From IMG/VR virus record IMGVR_UViG_3300023199_000083, positions 1-62,516 of that record: 62,516 nt of DNA; one strand, given 5' to 3'. Below, piece by piece: positions 55,224-62,516 of the stretch (the stretch's first letter is position 1; the number at the start of each line of letters is the position of its first letter). The position numbers and the translations under genes were made by a program. The DNA comes from a virus (lineage: Duplodnaviria > Caudoviricetes). The notes beneath the pieces are model-generated. The model searched no databases, was not told the DNA's origin, and worked only from the letters and a program-made list of their open reading frames with translations.

Positions 55224-56059
55224 TGAGCACAGAACTAGCAACCGAGCTGCCTTTCGAAGTCGGCTCAACCGAGATCAAGAAGTTTTACGATTCCCCGCAA
55301 GAGTTCTTCGAAACGTTCATAGCCGGGACGATGGAGTTCCGGCCCACTCGGCAAACGGAGATCGGATCGGCAGTCCATGCGATTCTGCTGGACGACGCCA
55401 AGCCGGAGGACATCGCGGCAGTGTACCCGTCCAGTTGCCTGAAGTCGAACGGGGCCATTAACCCGAACCCGGCCAAGTTGTTCCGCGAGGAATCGGAGCA
55501 GCAATACTTTTTTAAGCAGCCGGACATGGACATTGTGTTGCGGGCGGTGGAGGTGGCCAGAAGCAGTCCGATTGGAGAGGCGGTCGCTGCATCCACCAGC
55601 TGCGAGCATGTGCTACGATGGAGAGACGAGGCGACAGGGCTGCCGTGTCGGATGACGCCAGACATTGCGTGTGTGATGGAAGATCGCGTAGTGATCCACG
55701 ACCTGAAAACGACCGAGCAGGTTAAGCCCGACAACTTCAAGATGGTATCGAAACGACTGCGGTATTGGCTCCAAGAGATACACTATCGGATGGGCGCGGA
55801 GGCTCTGTTTAATCGCCCGGTGTCCTTCTCGTTTTTGGCGATTGAAGTGCAGCACCCGTTTCGAGTCGGGTCGTACTTCTACACGCCACAGTCAATGGAG
55901 GTTGCTCGCGACGCCTGGCGCGGCAAGATGGACGACTTGGGACGGAGGGTGCAATCGGGCGACTGGTCGGACCCGTGGACGCATGAGGCGACGGCGCTGG
56001 AGATCGGCCCGTGGGACGTGGAAGGAGCCGACGAAATGGAAGTGGAAGTGGAGGTGTAA
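55223..56059 (+). CDS. PD-(D/E)XK exonuclease (RecE/DUF3799-like)
   Basis: IGSAVHAILL...CRMTPD...HDLKTT...YWLQEIHY...FLAIE. Confidence 0.88.
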   Translation: MSTELATELPFEVGSTEIKKFYDSPQEFFETFIAGTMEFRPTRQTEIGSAVHAILLDDAKPEDIAAVYPSSCLKSNGAINPNPAKLFREESEQQYFFKQPDMDIVLRAVEVARSSPIGEAVAASTSCEHVLRWRDEATGLPCRMTPDIACVMEDRVVIHDLKTTEQVKPDNFKMVSKRLRYWLQEIHYRMGAEALFNRPVSFSFLAIEVQHPFRVGSYFYTPQSMEVARDAWRGKMDDLGRRVQSGDWSDPWTHEATALEIGPWDVEGADEMEVEVEV

Positions 56060-56060
56060 C

Positions 56061-56303
56061 ATGACAGTATACGAACTGATTAACGAGCTGGAAAAACTGC
56101 CGGCCGGCGCAGAGGTTGGAGTGAGTCTGCTTGCCACCTATGATGTCGGCATCGAAGAGATCGAGTCAGACTACGAAGCAATGACCGTGACGCTTCGCGG
56201 TGGCGATGCCGGTGTTATTCTGGATAACGGAAAGTCAGCGCCACTGTCGGAAGTGTCTAAATTACCATCAGTACCCCAAGCAAAGGATGATACAGGTGGC
56301 TAA
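56061..56303 (+). CDS. Small phage protein (MTVxELIxxL family)
   Basis: GGAGG RBS; MTVYELINELEKLP. Confidence 0.65.
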   Translation: MTVYELINELEKLPAGAEVGVSLLATYDVGIEEIESDYEAMTVTLRGGDAGVILDNGKSAPLSEVSKLPSVPQAKDDTGG

Positions 56304-56892
56304 AGAGTCCAAATTCGATTACGGCTCCCGGTTCTTGTACGCCGAGAATCTATTGCGCGGCGGCCAGTTCCACACAGCCAACGTAACAATCGCAAAGGTC
56401 CACCCTCCGTACTCGATCACGTCCGCAGACAAGCGGCAGATCGAAAAGGTGGTGATCGAGTTCGAAGAATCGGACAAACTACTGGTCCTGGCCAAGACCA
56501 ACGCTCGGATCATTCACTACATCACGGGCGAGCCTCCGGGAGATGGCTGGGTCGGGCACAAGATCACAGTCCAGGCCCGGATTGTGCCCGCGTTCGGCGA
56601 AGATTCCGTGGCCATCCGGATCATCCCGCCGCCTGGAGTGAAAATACGGCGGGGACTTGCTAGAATGCTGGGCGTACCGGCGGAGTGGCACCCTCAAAAG
56701 GGGGCGGTCCCGAAACCTTCACAGAAACAGAAAGATACCAATGAACATCACGACGACACCGGACGGGCGAGTACGGATTCGGCCGACCAAGCGGGAACTG
56801 AGACAGGTCCAGAGGGTCAAACAGCTGGCGGAACAACTCCACGGCCTGAAGGAACTGGACCAGACGGCGGTGGACGCACTGACCGCCCTTGA
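56296..56892 (+). CDS. Putative ssDNA-binding/recombination protein
   Basis: FLYAENL..VTIAKV..LVLAKTNA..WVGHKIT..AFGE..AIRI; near the exonuclease. Confidence 0.55.
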   Translation: MAKESKFDYGSRFLYAENLLRGGQFHTANVTIAKVHPPYSITSADKRQIEKVVIEFEESDKLLVLAKTNARIIHYITGEPPGDGWVGHKITVQARIVPAFGEDSVAIRIIPPPGVKIRRGLARMLGVPAEWHPQKGAVPKPSQKQKDTNEHHDDTGRASTDSADQAGTETGPEGQTAGGTTPRPEGTGPDGGGRTDRP

Positions 56893-57016
56893 AATCCGGC
56901 TCGGGGCCGATCTTCCCAACCCGCCTTGGGACGCGGCGACTGAGCCGGAAAAAAGCGATACGGAAGCCGTTCCGGAACATGAAAAGGAACGAGAATCGTT
57001 AAGAAGGGGGGGTTGA
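56741..57016 (+). CDS. Hypothetical protein
   Basis: ATG 56741; overlaps the low-complexity tail of the upstream ORF. Confidence 0.45.
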   Translation: MNITTTPDGRVRIRPTKRELRQVQRVKQLAEQLHGLKELDQTAVDALTALEIRLGADLPNPPWDAATEPEKSDTEAVPEHEKERESLRRGG

Positions 57017-57155
57017 GTAACGCCCGCTGACCCCGAATAAATCCAGAATCCACCTACCCCACCGCGTCGGGAATCTGCTACAATTCGGGTATCTCACAAC
57101 ACCCGAACCCCGAACCGGTGTTGACCGGTTCGAATCGAATGGATCAAATGCCATC

Positions 57156-57503
57156 ATGGACAGAATCATTTCATCACTTCGAGTGGCAGCGGCAGCCGTG
57201 GTCGGCTGGTTCTTGACCCTGGTTGCAACGCACTTTGGGATCGGGATCGACGAAGCGACCGAGGCGAACCTGGTTGCGGCGGTGCAGTTGATTCTGACGG
57301 TCATGTACTACATCGGCGTGCGAGCCGTCGATTTGCATTTGCCCGACCTGGTCGAGTCGATCACCGGCGGCCGAATCCCTGCGCGGCGGGTCCGGCGTTG
57401 GATCGGCTTCCTCCTGGTTGTACCGACTTTGCCGATCCAGGTGAGCCCAGATGATGAGCCGCGAGCGATTCAAGCGTTGCGTAACCACAATCTCCACAAG
57501 TAG
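57156..57503 (+). CDS. Holin-like membrane protein
   Basis: Two N-terminal hydrophobic helices. Confidence 0.55.
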   Translation: MDRIISSLRVAAAAVVGWFLTLVATHFGIGIDEATEANLVAAVQLILTVMYYIGVRAVDLHLPDLVESITGGRIPARRVRRWIGFLLVVPTLPIQVSPDDEPRAIQALRNHNLHK

Positions 57504-57511
57504 AGGTCACG

Positions 57512-57994
57512 ATGAGTAGTCAAGTTCACTACCACCAACTCAGCACGGGCGAGCATCGCCGCATCCGACGGTTCGTCACTCGGCAATTGCGTCTGCGGGC
57601 GATCTTCCGGCCACGGCAGGCGAGCGAGTATCGGCTGATACTGCGCGACGAGGATCTTCTCGAAGAGCTGTGTGCCCAAGCGTGGTCGACGTTCGCCGCG
57701 CAGGCTCCCGCCCCGTCTAGCGAGACTCCGATCCTCGATCGGCTCGGCGAATTGTTTCAATGGATCGTCGAGAACTGGGACTCGATCCAGATGATCATTG
57801 AATGGCTGATGAAACTGTTCATCGACCTTGAAGTCTCAGAGTATTTGATCGGCAGCTACTACCAGGCGTTTGGTCAGGTCGTGCCCGATGACAAGTCTCA
57901 TTCGGCAGCGTCGTGGGTGGTCAATGATCGTGAGCTGGAGGAGTTTATCGAGACTAAGTACCCCGAACTGATCGAAATAACAAACGACCAATGA
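57512..57994 (+). CDS. Hypothetical protein
   Basis: GAGG RBS; amphipathic LFQWIVENW..IIEWLMKLF. Confidence 0.6.
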   Translation: MSSQVHYHQLSTGEHRRIRRFVTRQLRLRAIFRPRQASEYRLILRDEDLLEELCAQAWSTFAAQAPAPSSETPILDRLGELFQWIVENWDSIQMIIEWLMKLFIDLEVSEYLIGSYYQAFGQVVPDDKSHSAASWVVNDRELEEFIETKYPELIEITNDQ

Positions 57995-58932
57995 CAAGCG
58001 ACAGTCGACAATTTAGCTTGCCGCCCGACTTGGTGCGGCATAGCGTGACCGACCAGGAACACTGGCCGGGTAGCTGGGATATCGATCGCTGGCTGCCTAA
58101 GCTGCAGGCGGCTTGGAATGCTGGCGTGACCGGCAAGGGCGTGCGGGTCTGCGTCCTGGATACGGGCGTCGACGAAGGTCATTCGCACATACCGACGGCA
58201 GTGGCGCGTCGCTCGTTTGTCGGCGGCAATTCTGGCGACCGGAACGGACACGGTACGTGGTGTGCCGGTCGGATACTCGGTCGAGACGGGCCGGGCATTG
58301 CTCCCGATGCCGATCTAATCGTGGCCAAGGTGCTGGACGATAACGGCGGCGGATCGAGTCGCGGAATCAACGACGGTGTAAGCTGGGCTGCCGGTGAGGG
58401 TGCCGACATACTCAGCGCCAGCTTGGGCGGCGGGTCGCCGTCGCAAGCGGACGTTGATGCGATCCGAAATGCCTACCTGCGGGGCGTGCAATGTGCGATC
58501 GCCAGCGCGGGGAACAGTGGCTACCAGGGGCGCAACACGATCGGCTATCCGGCTCGGTATCTCGACTGGTGGTGCAACGGTGCGACTCGGCGAGATGGAC
58601 AGATCGCTACGTTCAGTTCGGGCGGCCGCGAGATCGATGACGCGACGCCTGGCGAGCAGGTGGTCAGCACTGCGCCGGGGAACAGGTGGAGCACGATGAG
58701 CGGAACGTCGATGTCGTGTCCATTCCGAGCTGGCCTGCAATCGCTGATCATCCACCGCCGTCGGATGGTCGGTATGCAAGACTTGATCGGTGCCGACGCA
58801 TGGCGTGAGTTTTTCGAGCAAGAAGGTTTTTATGAGGATCGCGGCGAGCCGGGTAAGGACGTTCGGTTCGGTCTGGGATCGCCGTTGATTGACAAGATTT
58901 TAGATTGGGTGGTCGATCCGAAATGGTTGTGA
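57991..58932 (+). CDS. Subtilisin-like serine protease (S8)
   Basis: VLDTG, HGTWCAG, SAGN, SGTSMSCP. Confidence 0.95.
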   Translation: MTSDSRQFSLPPDLVRHSVTDQEHWPGSWDIDRWLPKLQAAWNAGVTGKGVRVCVLDTGVDEGHSHIPTAVARRSFVGGNSGDRNGHGTWCAGRILGRDGPGIAPDADLIVAKVLDDNGGGSSRGINDGVSWAAGEGADILSASLGGGSPSQADVDAIRNAYLRGVQCAIASAGNSGYQGRNTIGYPARYLDWWCNGATRRDGQIATFSSGGREIDDATPGEQVVSTAPGNRWSTMSGTSMSCPFRAGLQSLIIHRRRMVGMQDLIGADAWREFFEQEGFYEDRGEPGKDVRFGLGSPLIDKILDWVVDPKWL

Positions 58933-59684
58933 ATATAGCTCGGTCGCTGCTTTTGGTGTTCGTGATGTTGGCATGCGCGGCGGCGGCGTGTGCGCAGCAG
59001 CCGACGGCGGTAATCGAACATGCTGAAGCTCAGCAGGTACTGTCGCGTCAGACGGTCTACGATGGCGAGACGCTGGCGATCGAAAGCGAGACCGAGCAGT
59101 TGGTACCGATCGTGGTCGTTCGCACCACTGCGCCGAGTCCTCTGGTTCGCGGTTATCTATCGACCGATCCATTTCCGCCAAGTCGCCTGGTGGCGATCGG
59201 AGACGGCCGATACGCATTGCTTGGCGATCCCGGCAGCCGCTGGACGATTGAGATTTTGTCGCTTGTCGACGGGGCGATCTGGTCGGAATTTTTGGACGCG
59301 ACGATTGGCGATGTCGAACGTCCTGACCCACCGCCACCACCACCGCCACCGCCACCACCAGAGACTGATTGGTCGCATCTGACGGAGCTGGTGGCTGGAA
59401 GTTCTCAGGTGGCGGGTGATCCCGATGGAGCGGCGGCGTTGGCAGCCGCGTATCGGCAGGCGCTCGAGGATACGGCTGACGTTACGTCGGTGGCGATGCT
59501 GCATCGAGCGATCACTGAGGCTCGGGCGTCGGCGCTCGGCGAGCGGCGGATACCCGTACACTGGGATGTATTGCTGTCCGAGTCGTCGTTATTGATCGAC
59601 GAGAATCCACCGCAGACGGCGGACGAGTATCGACAGATTGTTTTAGCTTTTGTTCGAGGACTTGAATTGGAGGTCGAGCGATGA
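58929..59684 (+). CDS. Secreted protein with poly-Pro linker
   Basis: Signal peptide; PDPPPPPPPPPP. Confidence 0.65.
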   Translation: MNIARSLLLVFVMLACAAAACAQQPTAVIEHAEAQQVLSRQTVYDGETLAIESETEQLVPIVVVRTTAPSPLVRGYLSTDPFPPSRLVAIGDGRYALLGDPGSRWTIEILSLVDGAIWSEFLDATIGDVERPDPPPPPPPPPPPETDWSHLTELVAGSSQVAGDPDGAAALAAAYRQALEDTADVTSVAMLHRAITEARASALGERRIPVHWDVLLSESSLLIDENPPQTADEYRQIVLAFVRGLELEVER

Positions 59685-60481
59685 GAAAAACTAAGTTTTG
59701 TGTTTTGGTGTTTTGTGTTTTGGTGCTTGGTGCTTGGTGCGCTGATGGTCCCTCTCAGGCATCTGGCATCATCTGGGTGGGCGAATCAGAACCGCCCATC
59801 ACAAATTGGCTCGGGGATGTGGCGGAGGCGGAATCGGACTCAGAAAGCTACGACGCCCCCGGGCCTCTTTTGTTTGCCGTCGAGAACGACCATGATCCCG
59901 GCGGCTACACGCCTCGCTGGTCGGTCGTGGGAGGCGATGCGAATATCCGCAATCACGTCAGCGGCTATCCGCATTTTATCGACACGACAGGCAAGACGGA
60001 TGCGGAACTGTTCCGGTTGCACGATCAGCACCATGATCAGATCGGGCCGGTGAGTGCGTCGCAGATCAGCGCGTACTATGCTGTCCAGTCGCCCGGGCCA
60101 ATGGCGTGCCCGAATGGATTGTGTCCGGTGCCTGGTTCCAGCAGTTATGCTGTCCAGTCGCCCGGGCCAATGGCGTGCCCAGATGGATTGTGTCCGGTGC
60201 CTGGTTCCAGCAGTTATGCTGTCCAGTCGCCCGGGCCAATGGCGTGCCCAGATGGATTGTGTCCGGTGCCTGGTTCCAGTAGGGATGTTTTGGTCGGCGG
60301 TTACGCCTACAGTTACAGATCGTCGTACAGCCATTCAGCATCGGGTCGACCGCGATTGTTTTCCGGTCGGATTGTGAATCGTTTACAGTCGGTGCGAGCG
60401 CAGCGAAGAATGTGGCGGCAAAACAGGCCCGGCCTATTCGGCCGACTGCTTGGCCGCCATAGGTCGGTCGGCTGTTTTTGA
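59681..60481 (+). CDS. Secreted protein with CPxGLCP repeats and basic tail
   Basis: Signal peptide; three 23-aa repeats. Confidence 0.65.
   Translation: MRKTKFCVLVFCVLVLGAWCADGPSQASGIIWVGESEPPITNWLGDVAEAESDSESYDAPGPLLFAVENDHDPGGYTPRWSVVGGDANIRNHVSGYPHFIDTTGKTDAELFRLHDQHHDQIGPVSASQISAYYAVQSPGPMACPNGLCPVPGSSSYAVQSPGPMACPDGLCPVPGSSSYAVQSPGPMACPDGLCPVPGSSRDVLVGGYAYSYRSSYSHSASGRPRLFSGRIVNRLQSVRAQRRMWRQNRPGLFGRLLGRHRSVGCF
60077..60279 (+). repeat. 69-nt tandem repeat, about 3 copies, in frame
   Basis: Units start at 60077, 60146 and 60215. Confidence 0.95.
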
Positions 60482-60593
60482 GTCCTGACACGGACGGTCT
60501 CAGTGTGGCGTGCCAGGACGGGAATGGATTTCGCCACACATTTTTGCACCGGTGGCGGCGGCACCTTTCGTTTTCATTCTTACGGGAGGACGC

Positions 60594-60896
60594 ATGTCAT
60601 CAATGGAACTACTCGTCAGCCAAGCCTCAGTCGAGGGCATCCAGGGCTGGCTTCAGCTCGCCACGTCGGGGGGATTCGCCGCGCTTGTCTGGTACCTGCT
60701 CGCTGTTCGACTGCCCGAGATGCAAAAGAGATTCGACAATCAATCGGACGCGGCGATGGAAGCATACCGCGCCGAGTCGTACGCCGCGCGCGAGGCACAT
60801 GAGCGAGTGATTCAGGCGGTGATTGATCAGCACGAGCGCCACTACGAGCGCATCCTGTCGCTGGCCAAGCGCACCGGGTTTCCACAAGAGGAATAG
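60594..60896 (+). CDS. Single-TM coiled-coil protein (holin-like)
   Basis: GGAGG RBS; GGFAALVWYLLAV then coiled coil. Confidence 0.6.
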   Translation: MSSMELLVSQASVEGIQGWLQLATSGGFAALVWYLLAVRLPEMQKRFDNQSDAAMEAYRAESYAAREAHERVIQAVIDQHERHYERILSLAKRTGFPQEE

Positions 60897-60902
60897 CTCG
60901 CC

Positions 60903-61226
60903 ATGGCCACTGCTTCCCAGATGCCCGCTCGGCTCGACGTTCAGGCGTGGCATACCGACGACTGGTCGTTAACGATCATCTTCCCGGAATCGATCGCGGG
61001 CTGGGAGGCTGTAGCGCGCATTGAGACGGCACCGCAGACGGAGATCGCCACCAGTATTGGTGGCGCCGACGACAAAGAACTAAGCCTGAGTGTTCCCCGC
61101 GCCCAGCTCGTTCAGATTCCACCCGGCGAGTACCCGTGGGACCTGTGGCTTAACCCCGGAAGCAACGGCGCGAGAACGTATATCTACGGCACCTGTTCGT
61201 TGTACAGCCGCAAGAGGCAGCCATGA
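60903..61226 (+). CDS. BppU-like baseplate/fibre adaptor
   Basis: LSLSVPRAQL..PGEYPWDL...TYIYG; precedes the fibre gene. Confidence 0.6.
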   Translation: MATASQMPARLDVQAWHTDDWSLTIIFPESIAGWEAVARIETAPQTEIATSIGGADDKELSLSVPRAQLVQIPPGEYPWDLWLNPGSNGARTYIYGTCSLYSRKRQP

Positions 61227-62516
61227 CCACACTGACAGTTTTGGACAGCCAGACGGTGAAGCTCGATGTCACCGGAGGTCCGGGGCCGGCGGGCGTGCGC
61301 TGGCGTGGTGAGTGGGCGTCGGCCACGGAATACAGCGTCCGCGACGGGGTCCACCACGACGACTCTGCCTGGATCGCGATCGCAGCCAACACCAACAGCG
61401 AGCCGTCGGCGGCGAATGCGGATTGGGATTTGCTGGCGGCTGGCGGTGATCAGGTATTTGATATGGTATCTGAGGCCGGAACTTCAATAGGATTAACAAA
61501 AAACACGCATCAAACCAAATGGGTTAGATGTACTAGCAATAGTGATGTTACCGTTACAATAGGCAGTCAAGTTACTGAAGAATGGGATGAGTTCACTGAA
61601 ATTCGTTTAGAGCAGCGAGGCAATGGTGCTGTTACCTTAGACACTACCGGTGTCACTCTCCAGCCTGGTTCTGTAACTACTACTCAGCAGTACGATACTA
61701 TTTTCATCAAGCGCGTCGCTGATAATGTTTGGTTCGCAGCCGGAGGGCCACTTGGAATCAACTCATTAGACTCCAATGCTCTCACTGGCAATATGACTCA
61801 GTTAGTCACGGGCGAATCCGGGGTTAGCGGAAATTTCGTATCGTGGGACGCGAATGGAAATGCAGTAGATTCAAATAGCAGTGCGTGGACTTTTGCGTTA
61901 GCTGATCATAGTCACGATGCGGCATATATCACTTCTGGTACGTTTGCAGACGACTTAATTGCTGAGAGCAATGTCACGCAACATGAAGCTGCTATAGATC
62001 ATAACTCGCTTGCAAATTATCAGGTAACTGAGCATAGATCCTGGGAAACTTCTATAGCTCAAAACATCCATGTAGACAATATAGCCAGCGGAGCCGTCAC
62101 TCAGCATCAGGGTGATATCGATCACGACCAATTAACCAACTACGCAGTCGGGCAGCATCGCATAATCAATGATGCCGGCACTAGCGCTACGGAATTGTGG
62201 TCGGCCAACAAGATAAATTCTGAATTAGGCGATAAGGCTAACGACAGCGAAGTGGTGAAGCTGACTGGCGATGAGTCGATCGCCGGGGTCAAGACACTCA
62301 CTGATGAGCCTGTATTCAGCGCTGGCGTGCGGGTGCAGGGATGCGCTCGATTCGATCTTGTCACCTACATGTCAACCGGTACGACTCAAACAATCAACCT
62401 GTCCGAGTCCAATCTATTCACGCTCAATACAGGGTTGGCGACTGGAACGATAACAGTCACGTTCAACGCTCCGGATGGACCGGCACAGGGTTCAATTGAG
62501 GTCGATCACACGGGAA
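61223..62516 (+). CDS. Tail fibre-like protein, 5' part; continues across the origin to the stop at 285 (about 483 aa)
   Basis: ATG 61223 overlaps the upstream stop; frame is open to the end and in frame with ORF 46..285; WRGEWASATEYSVRDGVHH carbohydrate-binding-like motif; DHSHD and TQHxxxIDH repeats. Confidence 0.75.
   Translation, partial: MTTLTVLDSQTVKLDVTGGPGPAGVRWRGEWASATEYSVRDGVHHDDSAWIAIAANTNSEPSAANADWDLLAAGGDQVFDMVSEAGTSIGLTKNTHQTKWVRCTSNSDVTVTIGSQVTEEWDEFTEIRLEQRGNGAVTLDTTGVTLQPGSVTTTQQYDTIFIKRVADNVWFAAGGPLGINSLDSNALTGNMTQLVTGESGVSGNFVSWDANGNAVDSNSSAWTFALADHSHDAAYITSGTFADDLIAESNVTQHEAAIDHNSLANYQVTEHRSWETSIAQNIHVDNIASGAVTQHQGDIDHDQLTNYAVGQHRIINDAGTSATELWSANKINSELGDKANDSEVVKLTGDESIAGVKTLTDEPVFSAGVRVQGCARFDLVTYMSTGTTQTINLSESNLFTLNTGLATGTITVTFNAPDGPAQGSIEVDHTG
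62390..62516. repeat. Terminal overlap identical to 1-127
   Basis: Exact 127-nt match. Confidence 0.97.

Noticed and set aside
60077-60279. CRISPR array
   Set aside because: Units are contiguous without unique spacers and keep the reading frame; no cas genes
1-62516. tRNA or rRNA genes
   Set aside because: No cloverleaf or rRNA-like sequence recognised by eye; a tRNAscan/Infernal run is needed to exclude them

Overview
This is a probably complete, circularly assembled tailed-phage genome of 62,389 bp. Bases 1-127 are repeated exactly at 62390-62516, which fits a k=127 assembly overlap, and one tail-fibre-like ORF runs through the junction. Layout: terS and terL (mini-intein) on +; a long minus-strand morphogenesis operon (KTSC protein, Mu gp29/DUF935-like portal fused to a sigma-70-type module, protease/scaffold, decoration protein, major capsid, adaptor, tail tube, frameshifting chaperone, short tape measure, tail proteins) ending in a cluster of five glycosyltransferase-like genes and a methyltransferase; two divergent accessory arms (about 32-36 kb minus, 37-47 kb plus); a recombination/replication block (RecU, helicase with two inteins, ParB-like, coiled-coil ATPase, RecE-like nuclease); and a putative lysis block with a subtilase and no recognisable endolysin. 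Three features stand out. (1) About 15 integron attC-like palindromes divide the accessory arms into single-gene cassettes with mutually complementary ends. No integrase was recognised, and many of the palindrome loops supply the RBS and start codon for the next gene. (2) The portal-sigma polyprotein is punctuated by RY motifs shared with the scaffold, and there is a family of GTTAAC-N17-TATnnT promoters. (3) Several virion proteins end in poly-Ser tails and are co-transcribed with the glycosyltransferases. A clear Tad1 anti-Thoeris homologue is present. A Planctomycetota host is a guess. All family calls come from motif recognition by eye, not from database searches.
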